A stretch of 61,793 bases of DNA, filler included. It is 7 parts of 7 records of this genome, joined end to end, with 100 filler letters (N's around TTAATTAATTAA, not from the genome) between each part and the next. Parts side by side here need not be neighbours in the genome. Positions count along the whole stretch, not along the records: positions 28,199 to 37,419 come from SRR31156797_7019; positions 37,520 to 45,555 come from SRR31156797_7021; 5 more parts are not named here. One strand, written 5' to 3'. The notes beneath the pieces were generated by a model, which worked only from the letters and a program-made list of their open reading frames with translations, did no database searches and had not been told where the DNA came from. This document shows, in pieces, positions 30,884 to 40,143 of this stretch (the first letter of the stretch is position 1; each line of letters begins with the position of its first letter). The translations under genes were made by a program, and so were the position numbers.

Positions 30884-31441
30884 ATGAAGCGTTTTATTCT
30901 GTTATTTATTTGTGCGGCTATGATGCTTCCCGCCGTTGTCCTGGCGGATGAAGTCAAAATACCTGCCGCGGCTGACCGGTTTTGCCAAAAGTATTTCCCG
31001 ATGATTGACCAGGGCAAGTTTGATGACAGTTACGCTCTCGCCGCGACCGGACTTGATCAGAAAAAAAGCGGATTCGTCGGTATGGTCTCTGAGCGGGAAC
31101 CCATGGGAGAACTTAAATCCCGTAAAATATCCGAGGTAAAAACCGTCCAGTCATTCGCCGACCTGCCTGAAGGCGAATATTTGATGCTGGTTTATAATAC
31201 CGAGTTTAGTGAACAACCCGAAACCAGGGAAATCGTTGTTCTACTCAAGGGAGAGGACGGCGAATTCGGCTTGGCCGGGTACAAATTAGAATACGACCGT
31301 TGGCCGGAAGCCATTAAGATCATTGGCAACGGCATTTTTTTGGTTTTTATGATTATGTCTCTGCTGGCTTTTATTACCTGGGCAATAGGCCGCATAGTGC
31401 AAGCAGCGGAAAAGAAAAAAGCAGCACAGGAGAAAGGTTAA
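30884..31441 (+). CDS. Exported DUF4019-like domain fused to an OadG/MmdD-like membrane anchor
   Basis: Signal peptide; LPEGEYLMLVYNTEFS...EIVVLLKGEDGEFGLAGY resembles DUF4019; C-terminal GIFLVFMIMSLLAF helix resembles OadG; directly upstream of the beta subunit. Confidence 0.65.
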   Translation: MKRFILLFICAAMMLPAVVLADEVKIPAAADRFCQKYFPMIDQGKFDDSYALAATGLDQKKSGFVGMVSEREPMGELKSRKISEVKTVQSFADLPEGEYLMLVYNTEFSEQPETREIVVLLKGEDGEFGLAGYKLEYDRWPEAIKIIGNGIFLVFMIMSLLAFITWAIGRIVQAAEKKKAAQEKG

Positions 31442-31447
31442 CCTCTT

Positions 31448-32587
31448 ATGTTCGGCATCAAAATGGGTTTTGCTTACCTTACGCCCGGACAGGCCGTCAT
31501 TATCCTGGTCGGTCTGGGATTCATATATCTGGCAATTAAAAAAGAATGGGAACCTTACGAGCTGCTGCCCATCGGGGCGGGCATGGTGTTGGCCAACCTG
31601 CCCTTGACGGGCCTGACCACGCAGCCGTCGCCCGAACTGGCGCCTGGCATGGCCGGGGTGTTTGGAATTATCCTGAAATACGGTCTATATACCTGGACAA
31701 TTCTGCCCCAGTTTATTTTCTTCGGTATAGGCGCCCTAACCGACTTCGGACCGCTGATCGCCAACCCAAGGGCGTTTTTGCTTGGCGCCGCGGCCCAGAT
31801 AGGCATCTATTCATCATTCGCCGGCGCCATATGGCTCGGTTTCACAATCAAGGAGGCCTGCTCCATCGGCATTGTCGGCGGCGCGGATGGGCCGACAACA
31901 ATATATACAACGGGCCTGCTGGCCCCGGATATCATGGGTATAACAGCCACGGCCGCATATTCCTACATGGCCATGGTGGCTATTATTCAGCCTCCGATCA
32001 TCCGGGCGCTCCTTTCCAAAAAGGAACGGCAGATTCAAATGAAACCCATGCTGCGCAGCGTTTCCAAAACGGAAAAAATCCTGTTCCCCATTTACGCATC
32101 CATCCTCATTATCCTCATCATCCCCAAAAGCGCGCCCCTCGTCGGCATGCTCTTCCTCGGAAACCTGTTCAGGGAAAGCGGCGTGGTTCAGAGACTTAGC
32201 GATACCGCCCAGAACGAACTCATCAATATTATCACCATATTCCTGATGCTTGGCATCGGCGCTTCAATGCCCGCCGAAAAAGTGCTCCACGGCCGGACCT
32301 TGATGGTTCTTATTCTCGGCCTGGCAGCCTTCGCGGTCGGCACCGCCGGTGGAGTTCTCGTCGGCAAGATATTCTCCTGGCTTTCCAAAGAGCCTTTCAA
32401 CCCCATGCTTGGAGCGGCCGGCGTCTCCGCCGTGCCCATGAGCGCCAGAATTGTTCATCATCTGGGCCACCAGGAAAACAAAAAGAACTACCTGCTCATG
32501 CACGCCATGGGAGCCAATGTGGCTGGAGTTATTGGTTCGGCCGTTGCGGGTGGATTTTTCCTGTCTTACTTTGACAAACTGTTCTGA
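31448..32587 (+). CDS. oadB: Na+-translocating carboxybiotin decarboxylase beta subunit
   Basis: EPYELLPIGAG, GALTDFGPLIANP, IGIVGGADGPT, AYSYMA, GAAGVSAVPMSAR, HAMGANVAGVIGSA. Confidence 0.93.
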   Translation: MFGIKMGFAYLTPGQAVIILVGLGFIYLAIKKEWEPYELLPIGAGMVLANLPLTGLTTQPSPELAPGMAGVFGIILKYGLYTWTILPQFIFFGIGALTDFGPLIANPRAFLLGAAAQIGIYSSFAGAIWLGFTIKEACSIGIVGGADGPTTIYTTGLLAPDIMGITATAAYSYMAMVAIIQPPIIRALLSKKERQIQMKPMLRSVSKTEKILFPIYASILIILIIPKSAPLVGMLFLGNLFRESGVVQRLSDTAQNELINIITIFLMLGIGASMPAEKVLHGRTLMVLILGLAAFAVGTAGGVLVGKIFSWLSKEPFNPMLGAAGVSAVPMSARIVHHLGHQENKKNYLLMHAMGANVAGVIGSAVAGGFFLSYFDKLF

Positions 32588-32888
32588 TCAGCGTCCGCCT
32601 GTAAGCAACGCTTACGGGTGGGCGGTATAAAAAGGGGGGCTGCGGTCCCCCTGCCCCAAATATAAATCAACAACAATTAAGATGTGTTATAATGGCTGTA
32701 GGCCTTGATGGCCTACAATGGTGAAAAACAAATTGATTAGGCGTCCAAAAAAAGTGCTTGTTTCCTTCTTGGAGTTTATGTACTCTGAATCCGCGCCATG
32801 GCCTCTTTCATGAAAATAAGGCCCCGACCGGGCAAGGCTTGCGGCGCCGTCTAAACTTCTTTTTATTGACATTATGGGAGCTGATTTT

Positions 32889-34445
32889 ATGGCCAACGAA
32901 GAAAAATATGATGAGCTGGATCGACGCAACGCCGAAGCCCTTTTGGGCGGAGGCCAGGACAGAATTGACGCTCAACATAAAAAGGGCAAACTTACCGCCC
33001 GTGAGCGCATCGAATTGTTCCTCGACGATGGAACCTTTGAGGAGTTCGACCGCTTTGTAGTCCACCGGTGTACGGAATTCGGCATGGACAAAAAGAAATT
33101 TCCCGGCGACGGCGTGGTTACCGGGTACGGCCTGGTGGATGGGCGTCTTGTTTACGTCTTTTCCCAGGATTTCACTGTCTTCGGCGGGTCGCTGAGCGGC
33201 GCCTTCGGACAGAAAATATGCAAAATAATGGACCTGGCCGTCCAAAACGGCGCGCCCCTTATAGGCCTGAATGATTCAGGCGGCGCCCGTATTCAGGAAG
33301 GCGTCGAATCCCTGGGCGCTTATGGCGAGATCTTCAGGCGCAACGTCCTCACCTCGGGAGTGGTCCCCCAAATATCGGTTATCATGGGCCCCTGCGCCGG
33401 CGGCGCGGTCTATTCTCCCGCAATTACCGATTTTACCGTCATGGTGGATAAATCTTCCCACATGTTTATCACCGGCCCCCAGGTAATCAAAACCGTGACC
33501 GGCGAAGACGTGGACCAGGAATCCCTTGGCGGGGCTCTCCGGCATAACTCAACCAGCGGCGTGGCCCATTTCATGGCCAAAAACGACGAAGACGCCCTTA
33601 AAACCGTCCGCGAGCTGCTTTCATTCCTGCCCTCCAGCAACCGCGACGAACCGCGCCGCATCAGAAAATATCATGATATCGACCGCGCCGATATGAACCT
33701 CAGAGACATCATCCCGGAAAATCCCAAAAAACCCTACAACATGAAAGAAATAATAAAAACCGTCCTGGATGATAATTATTTCTTTGAATCCCATAAAAAA
33801 TACGCGCAGAACATGATTACCGGCTTCGGGCGCCTGGCCGGCTTGTCCGTCGGCATCGTCGCCAATAATCCCCGTTTCCTGGCCGGATGCCTCGATATAG
33901 ACGCATCAATGAAATGCGCCCGCTTTGTCAGGTTCTGCGATGCATTTAATATTCCACTGGTCACCTTTGTGGACGTACCCGGATACCTCCCCGGAGTCGC
34001 CCAGGAACACGGCGGCATCATCAAACATGGCGCCAAGATAATATACGCCTATTGTGAAGCCACAGTGCCCAAAGTGACCGTTATCACCCGCAAGGCCTAC
34101 GGCGGAGCGTACGACGTTATGTCCAGCAAGCACCATGGCGGCGACATTAACTTCGCCTATCCCACAGCCGAAATCGCGGTCATGGGCCCCGACGGCGCAG
34201 CCAATATCGTTTTTAGAAAAGAACTGGAAAACGCCGCACCCGAAGACAAGGAAAAGGTCCGCGCGGAACTGGTCGAACAATACAGAAATAACATTGCCAC
34301 ACCCTACAAAGCCGCGGAACTCGGGTATATCGATGAAATCATCAAGCCCGAACAAACCCGAATCAAACTCATCAAGGCGCTGAGGTCGTTAAGGCGTAAA
34401 CAGGAGATTCATCCTCCACGCAAACACGGCAATATACCTCTCTAA
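32889..34445 (+). CDS. mmdA: Methylmalonyl/propionyl-CoA carboxyltransferase (decarboxylase alpha subunit)
   Basis: [62 protein letters not shown]. Confidence 0.9.
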   Translation: MANEEKYDELDRRNAEALLGGGQDRIDAQHKKGKLTARERIELFLDDGTFEEFDRFVVHRCTEFGMDKKKFPGDGVVTGYGLVDGRLVYVFSQDFTVFGGSLSGAFGQKICKIMDLAVQNGAPLIGLNDSGGARIQEGVESLGAYGEIFRRNVLTSGVVPQISVIMGPCAGGAVYSPAITDFTVMVDKSSHMFITGPQVIKTVTGEDVDQESLGGALRHNSTSGVAHFMAKNDEDALKTVRELLSFLPSSNRDEPRRIRKYHDIDRADMNLRDIIPENPKKPYNMKEIIKTVLDDNYFFESHKKYAQNMITGFGRLAGLSVGIVANNPRFLAGCLDIDASMKCARFVRFCDAFNIPLVTFVDVPGYLPGVAQEHGGIIKHGAKIIYAYCEATVPKVTVITRKAYGGAYDVMSSKHHGGDINFAYPTAEIAVMGPDGAANIVFRKELENAAPEDKEKVRAELVEQYRNNIATPYKAAELGYIDEIIKPEQTRIKLIKALRSLRRKQEIHPPRKHGNIPL

Positions 34446-34464
34446 ATCCTAATGATGTCGGGAT

Positions 34465-34498
34465 AAAAAAAGCGGCCGGAACAATCACCGGCCGCTCT
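34465..34498. terminator. Hairpin after the carboxyltransferase
   Basis: A7-GCGGCCGG-AACAATCA-CCGGCCGC-TCT. Confidence 0.55.
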
Positions 34499-34714
34499 GC
34501 TATTTCATCGGGGCGATAGACGCCCCCATGTTCAGGGATAATAACAGGCGCAACAAAAATTGCATGTAAAAAAATGCTCAAAATTAAGAACAAAATTTGC
34601 TATGAAAAAATAATCCCTGAATTGGACGTAATCGCGTCCCGGCCGGCGACGCCGAACGAGCCCGGATCAGGCAATGCAAATTCTTGATCGGGATTAAACG
34701 TTAAGTGAAATTTA

Positions 34715-36901
34715 ATGGAGCAGATGTCAGATATGTCCAGCAATGAAAAATCACAAAAAATGGAAGAAACCTGTCTGGAATCTGGATTTTTTTCGGAATT
34801 TCCAACGCCTGACTACGATGAATGGAAAGAGGCCGCTGTTGCCAGCCTGAAAGGCGCGCCTTTTGAAAAAAAGGTGTTTACCAAAACCTATGAAGAAATA
34901 GAGCTGCAGCCCATTTATCGGCGGGAAGACGTCCAGAACCTGCCCCATCAGGGCTCGCTGCCGGGCTTCCCCCCCTATGTCCGGGGAACCGAGCCCGCCG
35001 GGTTCATATTCAAACCATGGGGCATCTCCCAGGAGCTTTCCTGCTCCACTCCTGAAGAATTTAACGCGGTTGCTCTCAATGACCTGAAAAAAGGCCAAAC
35101 CGCCCTTAATATCGTGCTTGACCAACCTACGAAGCTGGGCCTTGATCCCGACCAGGCCGAGGCCGGCCAGGTCGGGTATAAGGGAGTTTCCATGTCCAGC
35201 CTGGCTGATATGAAGACAGCCCTGGACGGCGTCGACCTTTCCGCAACGCCGCTTTTCGTGGAAACCGGACCGACGGCCGTCCCTTTTGCCGCTCTGGCCG
35301 CCGCTCTCGCCGACAGTCGCGGGGAAAGCCCTTCCAACCTCAAAGGGTGCATCGGCGCCGACCCCCTGGGCGAACTGGCCCTTAATGGAACATTACCCAT
35401 TGATCTGTCAACCTCGTACGATTCCATGGCCGCCCTGGGGCAATGGGCCGCCCAAAACGCGCCCGACCTGAAAACCATTCTAATCAGCGGCCGGCCCTAC
35501 CACGACGCCGGAGGCAGCGCCGTCCAGGAACTGGGCTACGCCCTGGCATCCGGAGTTGAATACATTCGCGCCCTTTTGGATCGCGGCCTGGGCATAGACG
35601 AAATAGCCGGGCAGATGATTTTTTCATTTTCCATCGGCTCTAACTTTTTTATGGAAATAGCCAAGCTGAGAGCAGCCAGAATCCTCTGGACCACAGTGAT
35701 CGAAGCTTTCGGCGGCAATGAACAAAGCCAAAAAATGCTTATCCATGGACGGACTTCCGCATACACCAAGACCGCATACGACCCCTACGTAAACATGCTC
35801 CGCAACACTACCGAAGCTTTTGCCGGGGCCATGGGCGGCGTAAACAGCATGCATATCAGCCTGTTTGACGAACCGGTCAGGACGCCGGATGAATTTTCCC
35901 GCCGTGTGTCGCGTAACGTACAGATAATACTTCAAAAGGAATGCCATTTCACCCATCCGGTCGATCCGGCCGGCGGTTCCTGGTACCTCGAAGTCCTGAC
36001 CGACCAGGTCGCTCAAAAAGCATGGGCCCTGTTCCAGGATGTCGAAAAAAACGGGGGCATGTTCAATGCCCTGACCGGCGGCGAACCCCAAAAGTCCGTC
36101 GCTTCCACCGCCGCTAAAAAAGAAGCCGCCCTGAACACTCGCAAGGACTCCCTGATAGGCACGAACAAGTATCCCAACCTTCAGGAAGCGCCTCTGCAAG
36201 ACAGGGAAATTGACTACCAGGCCTTGTATAAAACCCGCGTGGATGAATCAGCCAAATTCAAAAACGCCAGGCAGGATTCAGCTTCCTGGAACGGTTTCTC
36301 CGATTCCAAACCTTCAGCCTCTTCCTTTGCCGCAGCAATCCGGGCCGCCCTGGCGGGCGCCGCGATCGGCGAACTGGCCGGAGCCATGAAATCCGGCGCC
36401 GAGCTCCCGCAAGCGGCAAAGCTCAACATTCGACGCGCATCTGAAAGTTATGAAAGCCTGAGGAAAAACGCGGAAAAAATACTGGAAACCACAGGTAAAA
36501 GTATAAAAGTCTTCCTGGCCAATATGGGGCCCATTCCCCAGCATAAGGCCAGGGCCGATTTTACTATCGGCTTCTTTGAAGTCGGAGGCTTTGAAGTAAT
36601 TAACAACGCCGGATTCGAATCTGTTGAAGACGCGGCCAAGGCGGCCCTGGATTCCGAAGCCCCCATAGTGGTCATTTGTTCAACGGATAAAACTTATCCC
36701 GAACTTGTGCCTCCCCTGGTAAAATTAATCAAGGAAAGCAAACCCGACGTGACCGTGATCCTGGCCGGAAAGCCCGCCGCCGATCACGAAGCCGCATACC
36801 TGGAAGCCGGACTTGACGATTCGATTCATATTCGGGCCAATTGTTATGAAATGCTGGATCGCTTTCAAAAGAAGATCGGGCTGTCGGAAGGGAGTGAATA
36901 A
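34715..36901 (+). CDS. mutA: Methylmalonyl-CoA mutase small (non-catalytic) subunit
   Basis: [50 protein letters not shown]12 domain lacks DxHxxG; followed by the large subunit. Confidence 0.88.
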   Translation: MEQMSDMSSNEKSQKMEETCLESGFFSEFPTPDYDEWKEAAVASLKGAPFEKKVFTKTYEEIELQPIYRREDVQNLPHQGSLPGFPPYVRGTEPAGFIFKPWGISQELSCSTPEEFNAVALNDLKKGQTALNIVLDQPTKLGLDPDQAEAGQVGYKGVSMSSLADMKTALDGVDLSATPLFVETGPTAVPFAALAAALADSRGESPSNLKGCIGADPLGELALNGTLPIDLSTSYDSMAALGQWAAQNAPDLKTILISGRPYHDAGGSAVQELGYALASGVEYIRALLDRGLGIDEIAGQMIFSFSIGSNFFMEIAKLRAARILWTTVIEAFGGNEQSQKMLIHGRTSAYTKTAYDPYVNMLRNTTEAFAGAMGGVNSMHISLFDEPVRTPDEFSRRVSRNVQIILQKECHFTHPVDPAGGSWYLEVLTDQVAQKAWALFQDVEKNGGMFNALTGGEPQKSVASTAAKKEAALNTRKDSLIGTNKYPNLQEAPLQDREIDYQALYKTRVDESAKFKNARQDSASWNGFSDSKPSASSFAAAIRAALAGAAIGELAGAMKSGAELPQAAKLNIRRASESYESLRKNAEKILETTGKSIKVFLANMGPIPQHKARADFTIGFFEVGGFEVINNAGFESVEDAAKAALDSEAPIVVICSTDKTYPELVPPLVKLIKESKPDVTVILAGKPAADHEAAYLEAGLDDSIHIRANCYEMLDRFQKKIGLSEGSE

Positions 36902-36903
36902 AA

Positions 36904-37419
36904 ATGGCTAAATCTCCTGATTTTTCCAATATACCTTACACAAGGAAGTATGAACCCGCCGACCCGGCCACATGGAAAAAAATGCTTGATGACGCTGCCG
37001 GAAAGGCCATTGAAACCGAAAGAATGACCAATGAGCAGATCCAAATAAAGCCTCTGTATACTGAAAACGATACGGCGGGCATGGAACACCTGGGCTTTAC
37101 GGCCGGTATTCCGCCTTATCTCCGCGGGCCCTACCCGACCATGTACGTAACCAGACCCTGGACCGTGCGTCAGTATGCCGGCTTTTCAACCGCGGAAGAA
37201 AGCAACGCCTTTTACCGCCGCAACCTGGCAGCCGGTCAAAAAGGCCTTTCCATTGCCTTCGACCTGGCCACTCACCGGGGTTATGATTCGGATCATCAGC
37301 GGGTTGTCGGAGATGTCGGCAAGGCCGGCGTGGCCGTGGACTCCATCCTGGACATGAAAATACTCTTTGACAAAATTCCCCTGGATAAAATGTCCGTCTC
37401 CATGACCATGAACGGCGCC
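36904..37419 (+). CDS. mutB: Methylmalonyl-CoA mutase large subunit (3' truncated)
   Basis: [57 protein letters not shown]. Confidence 0.95.
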
Positions 37420-37519
37420 NNNNNNNNNNNNNNNNNNNNNNNNNNNNNNNNNNNNNNNNNNNNTTAATTAATTAANNNNNNNNNNNNNNNNNNNNNNNNN
37501 NNNNNNNNNNNNNNNNNNN

Positions 37520-37735
37520 ATGGATATCATGATGCCTGAAATGGATGGCTATGAAGCCATGCAACTTATCAGGCAAAAGCCGAAATACAAGAAGTTGCCC
37601 ATAATTGCGCTTACAGCAAAAGCCATGCAGGGCGACCGTGATAAATGCATCGAAGCCGGGGCGAGCGATTATCTCACCAAACCGGTGGATACCGAAAAAT
37701 TGATTTCATTACTCAGGGTATGGCTGTATCAGTAA
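37520..37735 (+). CDS. C-terminal receiver domain, probably of a hybrid histidine kinase (5' truncated)
   Basis: [36 protein letters not shown]. Confidence 0.9.
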   Translation: MDIMMPEMDGYEAMQLIRQKPKYKKLPIIALTAKAMQGDRDKCIEAGASDYLTKPVDTEKLISLLRVWLYQ

Positions 37736-38574
37736 ATAACGATAAGGAACTTCTCAAAGAAAATGAGAACATAGAGATTGAACTGTTTCTGCAGGCCATC
37801 TATATGAAATTTGGTTATGATTTCCGTAATTACGGCAAAGCCCATATCAAGCGTCGAGTGCGGCACAGGCTTACGGTGTCGGAATTTGATAACGTGAGCG
37901 AGCTCATCCATAAAATGCTTTACGATCCGGTATTTTACCAGGAAGTTTTGCAGGATCTGTCAATAACTGTAACTGAAATGTTTCGCGATCCCGGTTTTTA
38001 TCTGGCCGTGCGAAAAGAGGTGGTCCCCCTGCTGAAGACTTATCCATTTATAAAGATCTGGCATGCCGGTTGTGCCACCGGCGAGGAAGTGTATTCGATG
38101 GCTATCCTTTTAAAAGAAGAAGGCCTGTTGAAACGATCTCAGATTTACGCTACCGATTTCAACCAGATGGCGCTGCAAAAAGCACGTAACGGAATTTATC
38201 CCGTTGAGCGCATTAAGGAATATACCCAGAACTATCAAAAGTCAGGCGGCAGGGCTTCATTTTCTGATTATTACAATGCCAGATATGAATCTGTGATCCT
38301 GAATGAATCGTTGAAAGAAAACATTGTATTTGCCGATCATAACCTGGTTACGGATGGCGTATTTGGCGAGATGAACCTGGTGATATGCCGTAATGTGATG
38401 ATCTATTTCGATAAGGATTTGCAGAATAAGGTGATCAAATTGTTTTACGACAGTCTGGTAGCCGGCGGATTCATGTGTTTGGGAAGTAAAGAAAGCTTGC
38501 GGTTTGCCGATTACTCACCCAAATTTGATATTACCACGGAGATTCAGAAAATTTACAGGAAGAAGTTTGAGTAA
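37720..38574 (+). CDS. cheR: CheR-type glutamate methyltransferase
   Basis: [44 protein letters not shown]. Confidence 0.93.
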   Translation: MAVSVNNDKELLKENENIEIELFLQAIYMKFGYDFRNYGKAHIKRRVRHRLTVSEFDNVSELIHKMLYDPVFYQEVLQDLSITVTEMFRDPGFYLAVRKEVVPLLKTYPFIKIWHAGCATGEEVYSMAILLKEEGLLKRSQIYATDFNQMALQKARNGIYPVERIKEYTQNYQKSGGRASFSDYYNARYESVILNESLKENIVFADHNLVTDGVFGEMNLVICRNVMIYFDKDLQNKVIKLFYDSLVAGGFMCLGSKESLRFADYSPKFDITTEIQKIYRKKFE

Positions 38575-38652
38575 GTGGGGCGCAGCGCGCAGAGCGTAGC
38601 GAATAGTACACAAAGCCAAGAAGCAATACCGCGAAGTATAACAAATGCAAGC

Positions 38653-38724
38653 AACTTAATAACCTATTAACTCAATAACTAAGTAACTTATTAACCCAAT
38701 AACCAATTAACTCAATAACCTGAT
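38653..38724. repeat. Nine degenerate tandem octamers (AACnnnnT)
   Basis: AACTTAAT AACCTATT AACTCAAT AACTAAGT AACTTATT AACCCAAT AACCAATT AACTCAAT AACCTGAT. Confidence 0.8.
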
Positions 38725-38734
38725 AAACAAAAAA

Positions 38735-39319
38735 ATGAAATATTCCGCAGTGGTCATCGGTGTTTCCGCCGGGGGCATGAATGCCCTGGGGCAGATTTTG
38801 CCTTTGCTGCCGGAAGATTTTCCCCTGCCCGTGATCGTTGTCCAGCACATCTCCCCACAATCCGACAATTACATGATCCGGCATTTCGAAAAGCTTTCAA
38901 AAATTCAGGTCAAGGAAGCCGACGAAAAAGAAGAGATCAAACCCGGAACAGCCTATTTTGCCCCACCTAATTACCATTTACTTGTTGAAGAAGATTTCAC
39001 CTTTTCGCTTTCCACCGAAGACCGGGTGAATTTTTCACGCCCCTCAATTGATGTACTCTTTGAGTCTGCAATTGATGCTTACTGCAGCAATCTGATCGGG
39101 ATAATCCTCACCGGCGCCAACAATGATGGCAGCAAAGGGCTTAAAAAAATCAAAGAATGTGGTGGCCTCACCATTGTTCAAAACCCCGGGTATGCTGAAG
39201 TTTCGGCCATGCCGGAGGCTGCCCTGCGCCTGACAAAGGTTGATCATATTTTAAAGGTTTCCGAAATAGCCGGATTTCTCATCAAACTCGTGAAGCATGA
39301 TCAAAAAAATAACCACTGA
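38735..39319 (+). CDS. cheB: CheB-type methylesterase (no receiver domain)
   Basis: IGVSAGG, VVQH, RPSIDVLFES, ILTGANNDG, MPEAA. Confidence 0.93.
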   Translation: MKYSAVVIGVSAGGMNALGQILPLLPEDFPLPVIVVQHISPQSDNYMIRHFEKLSKIQVKEADEKEEIKPGTAYFAPPNYHLLVEEDFTFSLSTEDRVNFSRPSIDVLFESAIDAYCSNLIGIILTGANNDGSKGLKKIKECGGLTIVQNPGYAEVSAMPEAALRLTKVDHILKVSEIAGFLIKLVKHDQKNNH

Positions 39320-39332
39320 AAATATATCAAAA

Positions 39333-39893
39333 ATGAAATTTACATGGATTTTGGCATTTGCATTACTGTCGCTGGCCTCTGTTGCTCAGGACAAATATGA
39401 TTACACACATTTCAATAATCTAATTGATGTGGAAGGAACAAGCTATGTTATTGCCTCTGCAAATCAGTGGGGTAAATCAGTTAGCATATCAAAAGACAGG
39501 TACCTGCTTTTTGTTGATTCCGAAACAGGAGAAACAAACAAGGTGGAATTTCCCGAGGGTTCTTATCTAGGGAAAACAGAGCAAATCAAAATTGATGAAT
39601 TGGATATCAATTTAATCGTGGTTGTAGCTCAAACTGTTGATTTGGATGGAAAGAAGGGAATAGGCTGGAATGACCCGAAACAGCTGATTATATTATCAGC
39701 TGACGGGAAAACCATGACCCAACTCACTGATGAAAGGTTATTCGTTAATACCTGGACGGTAAATAAAAAAACAGGAAATATAGTTGTTACCGGACATTTT
39801 GATAGAAACAACAATGGAAAGTACGACAAGAAAGATCAAGCTGAAATTGGAATTTACAGCCTAAAAACCCTTAATCAAATCAGTAAGTTTTAG
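39333..39893 (+). CDS. Secreted hypothetical protein
   Basis: Signal peptide MKFTWILAFALLSLASVA-Q; Asp-rich DLDGKKG and DRNNNGKYDKKD motifs. Confidence 0.7.
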   Translation: MKFTWILAFALLSLASVAQDKYDYTHFNNLIDVEGTSYVIASANQWGKSVSISKDRYLLFVDSETGETNKVEFPEGSYLGKTEQIKIDELDINLIVVVAQTVDLDGKKGIGWNDPKQLIILSADGKTMTQLTDERLFVNTWTVNKKTGNIVVTGHFDRNNNGKYDKKDQAEIGIYSLKTLNQISKF

Positions 39894-40143
39894 CAATCGC
39901 ATACTATATTCATTTTACGCATCCAAATCCCAGGGTTGATTGGATATCTTATCCCTTGTTTATCGGATCTGTTTTGCCTGAAGGTTTATGAGACTACCCG
40001 AATTCCAAATGTTGTTTTTCGGACAACATGTGTCCTGTATCGAACACTAATTTAGAATCCATGTTCTTATACGCCTTGTTTCTAGGCGATTATCTTTGGT
40101 ATGGTTTTATCATTATGCATAAAATTACCAACAAAAATATATT

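Noticed and set aside
34446-34714. Canonical cobalamin riboswitch before the mutase
   Set aside because: No GGGAA/GCCACTG/B12-box elements seen; only the unassigned structure reported as a finding.
31546-36675. Many alternative-frame and antisense ORFs (e.g. 31546-32199, 35624-36199)
   Set aside because: Shadows of well-supported GC-rich genes; the same applies to those in 49006-55374.
37520-39319. CheR/CheB as a chemotaxis operon or novel system
   Set aside because: No cheA, cheW or MCP visible; hybrid kinase-CheR-CheB cassettes are common.
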